This document shows positions 46,337-55,251 of a stretch of 64,000 bases of DNA, one piece after another (the stretch's first letter is position 1; every line of letters begins with the position of its first letter). Origin of the DNA: Candidatus Levybacteria bacterium RIFCSPHIGHO2_01_FULL_37_17. GTDB lineage: Bacteria > Patescibacteriota > Microgenomatia > Levybacterales > UBA12049. The position numbers and the translations under genes are program-made. Location of the stretch: NCBI GenBank assembly GCA_001782035.1, contig MFNL01000004.1, positions 9,290 through 73,289 on the forward strand, written 5' to 3'. The notes beneath the pieces are model-generated. The model did not search any database, had not been told where the DNA came from, and saw nothing but the letters and a program-made list of their open reading frames with translations.

Positions 46337-47215
46337 TTATAACTTAGTTACTTGTAAAAAGTCTAGCTCTACAGGTGTTTCTCTTCCAAAAATTGAAACC
46401 AAAACTTTAATTTTCCCTCTTGCGTCGTCAATATTGTCAACCGTCCCAAGAAAATCCGTAAAAGGCCCGTCTACTATTTTTACGGCTTCGCCAACCGTAA
46501 AAGTTGTCGTAAATAAAGGCTCCTCAGCCTCCATAAACTTTTTTATTGCAGCTACCTCTTTATCGGAAATTGGAGTTGGTTTGTTTCCAGCGCCGATAAA
46601 TGCCGTTACTCCTTGGGTAGTTCTAACAAGCAGCCAGCTTTCATCATCTAATATCATTTTAACTAAAACGTATCCGGGGAAAATTTTCTCTTTGACGTTT
46701 TCCTTTTTACCCTGGCTTACCTTAATGGTATCTCGGGTAGGTACAATTATGTCAAAAATTCTGTTTTCAAATCCCATCGACTCAACTCTTTGGTGAAGAG
46801 ATTTTGCCACTTTATTTTCGTGTCCCGAATAAGTATGAATTATGTACCACTTTCCAGCATCAGAGGCTTTAGAAGTAGTAGGTTGACTTTTTTCCTCCGG
46901 AGCAACTTGGTCTGTTGGTTCATTTGCTTGGGATTCTTGGGCTTCTTCTCGATCTTCTGCTTCTTTTTCAACAGCTTCCTGTACTGTATTTTCCTCGCTT
47001 TGCGGCTGTTCAACGGATGCTGTTTCTTGAGTTATTTGCTCTGGTTCGGATGGTTCGCCAACAGATTGTCCTTCGTCTTCAGGTGCTTCTATTTGCATAT
47101 CGGTAGGCGGGGGAAGTTGATCCTCCTTTGGTGCTTCTATTTCCGTATCGGGAATTGGTTGCGAAGGAAGAACCGGAGCTTGATCTTCTGTTTTTTGATT
47201 TTGATCGTCATTCAT
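46337..47215 (-). CDS. nusG: Transcription factor NusG with ~120-aa acidic N-terminal extension
   Basis: 'WYIIHTYSGHENKV', 'FPGYVLVKM', KOW 'DGPF', 'IFGRETPVEL'. Confidence 0.96.
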   Translation of the reverse strand: MNDDQNQKTEDQAPVLPSQPIPDTEIEAPKEDQLPPPTDMQIEAPEDEGQSVGEPSEPEQITQETASVEQPQSEENTVQEAVEKEAEDREEAQESQANEPTDQVAPEEKSQPTTSKASDAGKWYIIHTYSGHENKVAKSLHQRVESMGFENRIFDIIVPTRDTIKVSQGKKENVKEKIFPGYVLVKMILDDESWLLVRTTQGVTAFIGAGNKPTPISDKEVAAIKKFMEAEEPLFTTTFTVGEAVKIVDGPFTDFLGTVDNIDDARGKIKVLVSIFGRETPVELDFLQVTKL

Positions 47216-47216
47216 T

Positions 47217-47405
47217 TTATCTAGTAATTAAAACCTCCGTTGCTTTAGTTAATAAAAAATCTACTCCGCCTAAAAACAGACCTACGATTAAACTGACTAT
47301 AATAACTACGCCAGTTAATCTTATCACCTCGGCACGAGTTGGCCAGACGACTTTTTTAAGTTCGTCCCTAACTTCTGCTAAAAAACCAACAGGTGTTGTT
47401 GCCAT
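47217..47405 (-). CDS. secE: Preprotein translocase subunit SecE
   Basis: 'ELKKVVWPTR' plus one TM, upstream of nusG. Confidence 0.95.
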   Translation of the reverse strand: MATTPVGFLAEVRDELKKVVWPTRAEVIRLTGVVIIVSLIVGLFLGGVDFLLTKATEVLITR

Positions 47406-47453
47406 AAAAATAAAATCGTGAGTTTTCGGGATTTGTCAACATTCTAGCAAATA

Positions 47454-48044
47454 TTAACTTTTATGTAAAGGAGTAGGGTGGAGCTTGGATATTACAAAAT
47501 ACCCGACTTCGGGACTTACCTGTGTTCCAACAATTCTAGGTCTCCACGCAGAAATAGAAGTGGGATCGCTTTCGTCGCTATAAAGGGAGCCAATACGAGA
47601 TACTTTAACCTCGTAAATATCGCCAGATTCAAATAACCGTTTAATTAGAGGCTCCGCAATGGTGTCTATTTCTTCCCCACAGATAATAATTTCAGTATGG
47701 TGAGTTAAGCCCTTATGATGTTTAGAAAGCTCACTTATTAAATCTTGATATTTTTTATTTGGAGCAGTTAAATCAGCAAGAGTTTGTATATTGTCCGGAA
47801 TCAAGGCTCTGGCTTTTAGTCTTCTTATTAAATCAGATTGTTTTTGATTTAAGTTTTCGTTTTTAGGCATAACCAATAAAACTTCCGAAGTATTTATTGG
47901 CGGATAAAGAATAGATACCCGTTCATAAAGACGGTCAGCTTGTATCTCGTGCGTTTCGTTATCGCCCGAATAAGGATACGCTAGTATCACAAGCCTTGAC
48001 AGTGGATAAGGTCTTAGATATTCAAGTTTTCTTTCTGCCACCAT
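47454..48044 (-). CDS. Hypothetical protein
   Basis: 196-aa ORF; TTGAAC-17-TATAAT 8 nt before the ATG. Confidence 0.65.
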   Translation of the reverse strand: MVAERKLEYLRPYPLSRLVILAYPYSGDNETHEIQADRLYERVSILYPPINTSEVLLVMPKNENLNQKQSDLIRRLKARALIPDNIQTLADLTAPNKKYQDLISELSKHHKGLTHHTEIIICGEEIDTIAEPLIKRLFESGDIYEVKVSRIGSLYSDESDPTSISAWRPRIVGTQVSPEVGYFVISKLHPTPLHKS

Positions 48045-48127
48045 AGTAGCGCATTATACATAAATAGGCTTTTGGGTTCAAATCCTTGACAGCAAAATGT
48101 ACAAGCTTTACAATCGAATTTGCACCA

Positions 48128-49008
48128 TGAGTAAGGTTACAAAAGCAGTAATCCCCGCAGCCGGATTTGGAACCCGATTTTTACCTCAAACAAAAGCAAT
48201 GCCCAAAGAAATGCTCCCAATTGTTGATAAACCTGTTATTCAATACGTGGTTGAGGAAGTAGTGGACTCAGGAATAAAAGATATCGTAATTATAACCGGT
48301 TCAAATAAAAGAGCAATTGAGGATCATTTCGACACCCCAAACCAAGACCTTGTACAAAATCTTGTTTCAAGCGGAAAGCACGAGCTTTTGGATTCTATTA
48401 AAAAGTTGGCTGAAATGGCCAACTTTATTTATATTAGGCAAAAAGGGCCATATGGAAACGGAACGCCAATATTATCGGCTGAACCAGCAATTGACGGAGA
48501 GCCCTTTGCAGTTTTATGGGGAGATGAGTTTATTTACAGTAAGCCCCCAAGGTTAAAGCAAATGATTGCGGTTCATGAAAAATACGGAGGGGTAGTAATT
48601 TCAGGTGTTAGAATTAACGAAAAGCAAGATTTAAAAAGATATGGAATCGCAAATGTTACAGCAGTTGAAGGGAATGTTTATAGAATAAATGAAATTGTGG
48701 AAAAGCCGGAGCCGGAATCTGCTCCTTCTAATTTAGCAACGCATGGCGGCTACATTCTTCCTCCTGAAATTTTTGATGCTTTAAGAACCGTAGAGCCTGG
48801 AAAGGGAGGGGAAGTCTGGTTGGTTGATGGAATAAATAAATTAAGAGAAAAAGGTGTGGAAGTGTTTGCAGTTGAAATTGAAAACGGAAAATATTACGAT
48901 ACAGGAAACAAATTAGAGTACATGAAAACTGTGGTGGAGCTTGCCTTGAAGCACCCCGATATTAACGGAGATTTTAAAAAATTCCTCAAAGAACTTGATC
49001 TTGAATGA
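48128..49008 (+). CDS. galU: UTP--glucose-1-phosphate uridylyltransferase
   Basis: 'KAVIPAAGFGTRFLPQTKAMPKEMLP', 'VEKP'; likely start MSKVTK. Confidence 0.92.
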
Positions 49009-49610
49009 GAGTCGGATTATTTTTTATTTTCCTCTTTAGTTTATTCACGAGCTTTGTTTATTTTAACGTTTTAACAAAATTGGATTACGACTTAACAGTG
49101 TTTATTCAAAACTTTATACCGGCAAGTCTGGATATCCCTTTTTCGGTTTTTAGCATCATAGGAAATTTCGAAATTGCGGGTATGCTTTTGCTTTTAATAC
49201 TTTTTATATTTAAGAAATTGAACCAAATTGTTGTTCTTTTTCTTTTTGCCCTTCTGCATATTCCTGAACTTTTTTTAAAGGCAAATTTAAATCATCCAGG
49301 TCCTCCGATTGAAATACTAAGAACTATTAAACTTTTTCCTATTCCACAAATTAGTATCGCGGGTGAATATTTTTCTTATCCTTCGGGTCATTCCGCCCGT
49401 ACCATTTTTATTTCGATAATACTCCTTGTACTTGTTTCAAGGCTAAAACTGCCCAAGAGCTCGAAATATTTGATTTATGGATTAATTTTAATTTTTGACT
49501 TTGTAATGTTAGTTTCAAGAGTTTATCTTGCAGAACATTGGGCAACTGACGTTGTTGGAGGGAGCCTACTGGGTGCTGCCTTTGGATTTATCACTCTTCT
49601 CTTTATCTAA
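49005..49610 (+). CDS. PAP2 family phosphatase
   Basis: 'SYPSGH', 'SRVYLAEHWATDVVGG'. Confidence 0.9.
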   Translation: MRVGLFFIFLFSLFTSFVYFNVLTKLDYDLTVFIQNFIPASLDIPFSVFSIIGNFEIAGMLLLLILFIFKKLNQIVVLFLFALLHIPELFLKANLNHPGPPIEILRTIKLFPIPQISIAGEYFSYPSGHSARTIFISIILLVLVSRLKLPKSSKYLIYGLILIFDFVMLVSRVYLAEHWATDVVGGSLLGAAFGFITLLFI

Positions 49611-49659
49611 TTTTGCATTATAAACCCTATTGTCAAGTTGACAAAAATAGAGCCAGTTT

Positions 49660-49668
49660 TGTTATAAT
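49660..49668 (+). promoter_or_regulatory. Extended -10 promoter (TGnTATAAT) for the downstream structured RNA
   Basis: TG-T-TATAAT, with TTGACA at 49638 (19-nt spacer). Confidence 0.65.
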
Positions 49669-49676
49669 TTAGTTGT

Positions 49677-49850
49677 TCTTTGGTATAGGAGATAGTTGGT
49701 AAGATTTTCTTCTACAAGTTCAATGGGTTTGAAGTACCCCTTACCATTATGGTGAGCGGGGACAGAGTGAATTAGTCTTAACCCGTGGGTTAAGATTTAG
49801 CTCTCTTAGTTACAGGCTCGGAGAAACATCGACTATTTCGGTACCAAAGA
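49677..49850 (+). ncRNA. Structured ~175-nt ncRNA, possibly a divergent 6S RNA
   Basis: 5' and 3' ends pair (TCTTTGGTAT/GTACCAAAGA; GAGATAGTTGGT/ATCGACTATTTC) with G-U pairs only on the + strand; two internal hairpins; starts 9 nt after a -10 box. Confidence 0.6.
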
Positions 49851-49896
49851 CGAATTTATCAAATCCTTTAGGCTAGAACTTAAGCTATCAGAGGCT

Positions 49897-50070
49897 CTAC
49901 TTTAACTTCTCGTTTTCTTTGTGTTCGGTAACTTTTCTGCAGTGCTTACAGTACTTTTTTAATAATAGTTTTGCTTCTGTATTTATTTTGTTTCTTGTAG
50001 TTACGTAGTTTCTATTTTTGCAGATAGTACAAACTAAGCCAAGTATTATTCTGTGTTCTCTTTTTGCCAT
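49897..50070 (-). CDS. rpmG: 50S ribosomal protein L33 (zinc-ribbon type)
   Basis: Manual translation MAKREHRIILGLVCTICKNRNYVTTRNKINTEAKLLLKKYCKHCRKVTEHKENEKLK (57 aa, absent from the ORF track). Confidence 0.95.
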   Translation of the reverse strand: MAKREHRIILGLVCTICKNRNYVTTRNKINTEAKLLLKKYCKHCRKVTEHKENEKLK

Positions 50071-50082
50071 TTGAGTATTATA

Positions 50083-50116
50083 TAAAAAATTTGAGCATCA
50101 TTCAACGCTCAAATTT
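50083..50116 (-). terminator. Hairpin/terminator after the tRNA cluster
   Basis: AAATTTGAGC-N10-GCTCAAATTT perfect inverted repeat with a T run on the minus strand. Confidence 0.55.
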
Positions 50117-50235
50117 CAGAGCCGACAGTGGGAATCCCTTCGACTTCGCTCAGGATAAACTCCTCATCCCAATCAAAATTCGAAAATTTCACGCGAATGG
50201 TGAGCTTGTCGAATCCAGAGCCGACAGTGGGAATC
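50117..50235. repeat. 20-bp duplication of the tRNA-Thr 3' end around REP-like inverted repeats
   Basis: cagagccgacagtgggaatc at 50117-50136 and 50216-50235; TTCGACTTCGCTCA ... TGAGCTTGTCGAA between them. Confidence 0.85.
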
Positions 50236-50290
50236 GGACCCACGATCTAGTCATTACCAATGACTTGCTCTACCACTGAGCCATGTCGGC
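50219..50290 (-). tRNA. tRNA-Thr(GGT)
   Basis: GCCGACA/TGTCGGC acceptor, AGTCA-TTGGTAA-TGACT anticodon arm. Confidence 0.93.
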
Positions 50291-50291
50291 A

Positions 50292-50379
50292 TGGTGCTGA
50301 GGGAGAGATTTGCACTCCCGTAGCCCTTGCGGGCGCCTGGTCTACAGCCAGGTGCGATTGACTACTCCGCCACCTCAGC
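50292..50379 (-). tRNA. tRNA-Tyr(GTA)
   Basis: CCTGG-CTGTAGA-CCAGG anticodon arm, long variable arm GCCC-GCAA-GGGC, encoded CCA. Confidence 0.93.
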
Positions 50380-50380
50380 A

Positions 50381-50455
50381 TGGAGCCGAAGGTGGGATTC
50401 GAACCCACGGCTTGCTGTTTACAAAACAGCTACTCTACCACTGAGTTACTTCGGC
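50381..50455 (-). tRNA. tRNA-Thr(TGT)
   Basis: GCTGT-TTTGTAA-ACAGC anticodon arm, GGTTCGAATCC, encoded CCA. Confidence 0.95.
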
Positions 50456-50516
50456 GCTGTCTAATTTTACCAAATAGTTGCTTGGTTTAGAAGAGTTGAG
50501 TATAATTCAAAAGAAT

Positions 50517-50588
50517 AGGGACGTGGTGAAATGGTTATCACAGCAGTCTCCAAAACTGCTTTTCTCAGTTCGAATCTGAGCGTCCCTG
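50517..50588 (+). tRNA. tRNA-Trp(CCA)
   Basis: AGGGACG/CGTCCCT acceptor, GCAGT-CTCCAAA-ACTGC anticodon arm. Confidence 0.95.
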
Positions 50589-50681
50589 CAGCTACTTTTT
50601 TGGTTTAGGAATTAACTCACTTAAAGAACATCTTCGGAATGAACTCTTATTAAGGGAAGAGTCTTGCCTTATCAATAAGAA

Positions 50682-50933
50682 TTATGCAGCAGTTTTTTTT
50701 GTTTGTTTTAAAACTAAACCTTCTCTTACAAAGCTTTTTAATGGGCCTAAATCTTGTGGAGTTGTAGAGCAGACGTAAATTATCGAGGCTTCTCTGCCTT
50801 TTCCATGTTTTTCAGTTGCAACCCCACTTAGGGATGCAGATTGCTCAAATTGTGGAACTTGCTCATTTAGAATCTTGTACATGACGCATTTCCCGCCGTT
50901 TCTGCCTTCAACAAGAAACTCCTGAAGCGCCAT
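50682..50933 (-). CDS. Hypothetical protein
   Basis: 83-aa ORF; TTGACA-18-TAGAAT 6 nt before the ATG. Confidence 0.6.
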   Translation of the reverse strand: MALQEFLVEGRNGGKCVMYKILNEQVPQFEQSASLSGVATEKHGKGREASIIYVCSTTPQDLGPLKSFVREGLVLKQTKKTAA

Positions 50934-50974
50934 TAATTAATTCTAGGCACGAGAAAATTGCTTTGTCAAGTTAT

Positions 50975-52621
50975 TTACTTTTTTGAAGAAGGTTCAGAAA
51001 AGCCTAATTTTCTTGCTTTTCTCACAGTTTCATATGTTTGAATTACAGAGAGGAGATCCTGCGTATTAACGGGAGTAGGATTTTGGTTTCTCATTTCCTC
51101 TCTTACTTTTCTTGCCAAAGACCTTCTTACGACCTCTTCAATATCAGCTCCACTGAATCCTTTTGTGGCGTTAATCAGCTGGTCAGTATCTACTGATTCA
51201 TCAAATATTTTTCTTCCCCCTGCGCTTGTTGCAACCTGTTCTGCTTTTTTCATTTTAAGGTCAAATATTTTAGCCCGTTGGGCGATATCAGGTAAGGGAA
51301 CTTCAATTAACATATCAAGTCTTCCAGGTCTTTTTAAAGCTGGGTCTATTGCTTCCACTCTGTTTGTGGTTCCGACAACTACGATTCCTTCTGGTCGCTC
51401 GTTCAGCCCATCTAAATTCGAGAGCAATACCGTAACAACTCTACTTGTAACTTCAGATGATTGGTTTCTATTACCAGCTAACGCATCTAGTTCATCAATT
51501 AATATTACGACTGGGGCATTTTTTCTTGCTTTTTCAAAAACAGCATTTAAGAGTCGTTCCGTTCTTCCATAAAGAGAATGTAAAACATCTGCAAGTTCAA
51601 CAACGTATATTCCAACCCCTGCCTCGTGTGCAAGTGCTTTTGTAAGCATTGTCTTTCCAGTTCCAGGTTCTCCAAAAAGCAGTAGACCACTTGGTGCTTG
51701 AGTGCCCCATCTTGCATAAGCCTGTGGCTCTCTTAATGCGTGAACTATTGTCTGTAATTCCTCTTTTGCTTTGTCGTTGCCTCCAATGTCATCAAATGTT
51801 TCAGAAGGCATAGATATTAATTGAATTTTTTGCTCAATTTCATTTTGAATTTCTTCATCAGTATCAATCATCCCACTTGCTGATAGTGCTCTTTTTCTTT
51901 CTTTGATCGCAATTTCTGCATCCTCTAGTTTTGAAGCTAGGTTTTTTTGTGGTTTAATTTCGTATGTTTCAGAAGGAGGGATAGCAAAATCTGATTTATA
52001 AACAACACTCATTACTTCTTGAAGAACCCCTGCATATTTTGCGTATTCTCGCTCAAATCCTTCGGCTGTTTCATCACTCATGTCTCCTTCAGTATGGATG
52101 CAAATTCCCGGAAGTGGTATGGGAGTGTTTTTTCCAGGATTGTGAATAATATAATCACTGCCCTGATAATGAATTTTAATATCTTCGATTGTTGTTTCAA
52201 CTTCAAATTCAGAACTGCCGCGTAGTGACTCTAACTGGGTACCCAATCTTAACATTTTTCCTTCCATGGCATTTCTGACACTATCAGCATTGAGAATGCT
52301 CGAGAGAGGATTGTCATCGCGAGGAAGATCGGCTTCATTGAAGTACTGGGTTTTTAATTCATATAGTCTTTCTTCAGGATTATAGAGTACGGCGGTTATT
52401 ATTTTATTTATCGTGCTGTCTTCTGGATCTTGCTCAGCGATTATTAAGCCGTCATCGCCATTAACACCCGGTAGACGACTAAGGTACTGACTTCTTGCAG
52501 CTTGATGCTTAATAGAAAGCCAACGGAAAATCAAATCCGCCCCTTGTGCAGATACTTTAAACTCTGATTTCGGGTCCTCTTTTGACCCAAATCCCCATAG
52601 TCTTTTTCTATCAGGGTTCAT
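50975..52621 (-). CDS. AAA+ ATPase (CDC48/FtsH-like clade) with unknown N-terminal domain
   Basis: 'TFDDIGG', Walker A GEPGTGKT, Walker B ILIDE, SRH 'TNR...DPALKRPGRLD'; no protease domain. Confidence 0.9.
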   Translation of the reverse strand: MNPDRKRLWGFGSKEDPKSEFKVSAQGADLIFRWLSIKHQAARSQYLSRLPGVNGDDGLIIAEQDPEDSTINKIITAVLYNPEERLYELKTQYFNEADLPRDDNPLSSILNADSVRNAMEGKMLRLGTQLESLRGSSEFEVETTIEDIKIHYQGSDYIIHNPGKNTPIPLPGICIHTEGDMSDETAEGFEREYAKYAGVLQEVMSVVYKSDFAIPPSETYEIKPQKNLASKLEDAEIAIKERKRALSASGMIDTDEEIQNEIEQKIQLISMPSETFDDIGGNDKAKEELQTIVHALREPQAYARWGTQAPSGLLLFGEPGTGKTMLTKALAHEAGVGIYVVELADVLHSLYGRTERLLNAVFEKARKNAPVVILIDELDALAGNRNQSSEVTSRVVTVLLSNLDGLNERPEGIVVVGTTNRVEAIDPALKRPGRLDMLIEVPLPDIAQRAKIFDLKMKKAEQVATSAGGRKIFDESVDTDQLINATKGFSGADIEEVVRRSLARKVREEMRNQNPTPVNTQDLLSVIQTYETVRKARKLGFSEPSSKK

Positions 52622-52673
52622 AAACAAGCAATGTTAGCACAGTCAAAATGAAAAATCAACAACTATAGGGCGA

Positions 52674-53306
52674 TTATAGGCCAAGGAGATGTTCGGAGAA
52701 TTGCAAAAGACTAAAAATCAGACTTCCCAGCGAAAAGCCTGCAATTGGAAACAGGAGCAGGAAAAATAAAATAAAAATTCCTATAAATCCTATTGATAAA
52801 TACTGCGCAGCTTCTTTCTCGGGTAAAATAAGAGCAAAAATTTTTGAGCCATCTAGCGGGGGAATGGGGATTAAATTAAATATAGCAAGAAGAAGATTAA
52901 GTCTGACAACCAGCTCTAGAATCGGAAATACAAGTGAATAAACCTCAAAAGAGATAGGAAACAGTCCTAATAGTTTAATAACTCCTGCCGCGCCAAGTGC
53001 AATTAACACATTTGTCGCAGGCCCGGCTAAAGACACAAGCGCCATATCTTTTCTGCCGTCTTTTAAATTAAACGGGTCAACCGGAACCGGCTTGGCTGCG
53101 CCAAAAATTACAGGCGAGCCTGATAAAAGAAGGATTAAAGGCAAAGCAATACTCATAATTGGGTCAATATGAGGCCTTGGGTCTAGTGTTAAGCGGTTCA
53201 TAAGGCGGGCTGTTGGGTCGCCTAAGCGTTCTGCAACAGTCCCGTGCGCAATTTCATGAAGTATTGCGCTGTAGATTAAAATTATAAGAAGGAGTATTAT
53301 TTCCAT
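52674..53306 (-). CDS. Site-2 protease (M50) family protein
   Basis: HEIAH, AGPATN, FNLIPIPPLDG. Confidence 0.92.
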   Translation of the reverse strand: MEIILLLIILIYSAILHEIAHGTVAERLGDPTARLMNRLTLDPRPHIDPIMSIALPLILLLSGSPVIFGAAKPVPVDPFNLKDGRKDMALVSLAGPATNVLIALGAAGVIKLLGLFPISFEVYSLVFPILELVVRLNLLLAIFNLIPIPPLDGSKIFALILPEKEAAQYLSIGFIGIFILFFLLLFPIAGFSLGSLIFSLLQFSEHLLGL

Positions 53307-53356
53307 TTAGATATTATAATTGATTTAACCTCACTTTTACAGTATAATGGCAATCT

Positions 53357-53635
53357 ATGGCAAAAGGAATGAAATGTGATAATTGTGGCAAAGGCATAAT
53401 GTACGGTCACAACGTTTCACACGCAAAAAACAGAACAAGAAGAATTTTTAAACCAAACTTGCACAGTGCTCGAATTTTAAGAGGCGCAGGTTACGTTACT
53501 ATGAAGCTTTGTACAAAATGCTTAAGGCTTTTAAAAGCAGGAGTTACAAGAACAAAGAATCAAAAAAAAGAAATTAAAGAGGTTCAAGGCTCACAAGTTG
53601 AAGAACAACCTCAAGCAGCAGCTGCAACAGTCTAA
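53357..53635 (+). CDS. rpmB: 50S ribosomal protein L28
   Basis: CDNCGK, '[17 protein letters not shown]', CTKCLR. Confidence 0.95.
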   Translation: MAKGMKCDNCGKGIMYGHNVSHAKNRTRRIFKPNLHSARILRGAGYVTMKLCTKCLRLLKAGVTRTKNQKKEIKEVQGSQVEEQPQAAAATV

Positions 53636-54024
53636 TCTAGGGCTTTCTCTTCAAATCTTGCCCGGATTAAAGTTAAGGGAAGTAAAATTAGACAGTAAAA
53701 AACTAATCCAGCGTAAGAGTTTTGTGCTATAGAAATTCCTATTACTGTTGCGGAAATTCCAATGTACATCGGATGATTAAAGTATTTATAAAGTCCTCGG
53801 CTTACACGCTTTTGTTTTTTGGGCAATATTCCAAACGAGCTTCCTAAATTTACTATGCTGGTTGCCCAGAAAATCACGCCAAAAATTGCAACTACAACTC
53901 CCAGATAAGAGAGAGGGACAGGAATAAACTTTCCTCCAAAATAGGCTAAATACAAATTAGCAAAGTAAATCATTGGAATGATGACCATACTCGCAAATTG
54001 TAAGCCAAGTTTAAGAGCCTGCAT
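53632..54024 (-). CDS. Isoprenylcysteine carboxyl/phospholipid methyltransferase family membrane protein
   Basis: '[13 protein letters not shown]', 'RARFEEKAL'; start uncertain. Confidence 0.8.
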   Translation of the reverse strand: MQALKLGLQFASMVIIPMIYFANLYLAYFGGKFIPVPLSYLGVVVAIFGVIFWATSIVNLGSSFGILPKKQKRVSRGLYKYFNHPMYIGISATVIGISIAQNSYAGLVFYCLILLPLTLIRARFEEKALD

Positions 54025-54853
54025 TATTTTTAAGAAACTTAATAAGTTTTGGGTCTGCATCGGGATAACCGTTTATAAAATCTTTGTAGCTAACTTCATT
54101 TTTGCCCTCGACCTGAACTCTTTTAAATGGAAGGAATTTTATTAACTTCTCTTCCGTTTTTGAAATTTGTGTTCGGGTCCAAACTCCGGGCCACGGAAAG
54201 TAAGCGCGAGCTATTCGGTTCAATATTTCAAATTCAGGCATTTTTTCAACACTAACGTAACCATCTTGCCGTGTTAGAGTTTTGGTAAAAGTCGCATGCT
54301 CGTGGTTTTGTTCTTTGAGGTTAATCTCGCCACCAACATAAAGCTCAATAACATCAATAAGTAGTCTTGCTCCTTCTCTAAAAAGTATTTCATAAAGACT
54401 TTGCGCAGTATCGTCGGGGCTAATTTGGCGTTCTTCAGCAGTCAAAACTGGTCCATGGTCCATTTGTTCATCAAGCTTTATTATGCTTACTCCTGTTTTT
54501 TCATCTCCGTTTAAAATAGCTTGCTGGATAGGCGATGGGCCGCGATATTTTGGAAGAAGGGAAGGATGGACGTTGAGAATTCCGTGGGGAAAATGGTTTA
54601 AAACCTCTTTAGGAATTATTAATCCAAAGTCAGCAACCACGCCTAAATCAGATTTATTATTTAACACTGCTGATTTAAGTTCTTCTTTATTTCTTACCTG
54701 TATAATTTCTATCCCTTTAGAATTACAAAATGGGATAATCGAAGACTTTTCATCGCTTTCAGTTGTATAAACCCTCTGAAGTTCAAAATTGTTTTTCAAA
54801 GTTTCAATAATAGGAAAAACATTATGCGAAGACCCAAAAAAGACAATTTTCAT
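54011..54853 (-). CDS. fmt: Methionyl-tRNA formyltransferase
   Basis: 'NVHPSLLPKYRGPSPIQ', 'MDHGP', 'PWPG'. Confidence 0.94.
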   Translation of the reverse strand: MKIVFFGSSHNVFPIIETLKNNFELQRVYTTESDEKSSIIPFCNSKGIEIIQVRNKEELKSAVLNNKSDLGVVADFGLIIPKEVLNHFPHGILNVHPSLLPKYRGPSPIQQAILNGDEKTGVSIIKLDEQMDHGPVLTAEERQISPDDTAQSLYEILFREGARLLIDVIELYVGGEINLKEQNHEHATFTKTLTRQDGYVSVEKMPEFEILNRIARAYFPWPGVWTRTQISKTEEKLIKFLPFKRVQVEGKNEVSYKDFINGYPDADPKLIKFLKNNAGS

Positions 54854-54906
54854 AGATTAATTGTATTATATTGACAACTCATAATAAAAGCTTTAATATC
54901 TACGCT

Positions 54907-55251
54907 ATGAATTTATTGGAGAGAGTAAGGTACATAGGCGCAAGACTTTTGAGCTGGAAAGTTGAGCCAATAGACGAAGCAATTAACAGATCGGAAGTTG
55001 AATATGAAACCGCAGGCCAAGCCCTTCGCACAGCTAATTCAAGAGTCAGCAATTATTTTATAGACAACGAAGGAGCGTTTTCAGAAGATTTACCGGAACC
55101 TTTAGAGGAAGAAAGAGATTTCGCCGAAGAAAGATTTGAGCACTTGAGGCGATTAAAAATTAGGGCGCAAATACCAAGAAAAGTAGAAGTTGTAGTTTTT
55201 AATAAGCGTTTTAATCTTACAAAAGTAGAGCAACTTCAGTACGGACCCTAA
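54907..55251 (+). CDS. Hypothetical protein
   Basis: Start MNLLER 7 nt after TTGACA-17-TAATAT; inserted antisense between def and fmt. Confidence 0.6.
   Translation: MNLLERVRYIGARLLSWKVEPIDEAINRSEVEYETAGQALRTANSRVSNYFIDNEGAFSEDLPEPLEEERDFAEERFEHLRRLKIRAQIPRKVEVVVFNKRFNLTKVEQLQYGP

Noticed and set aside
50064-50279. 71-aa ORF in the track
   Set aside because: Antisense to tRNA-Thr and spans the repeat element.
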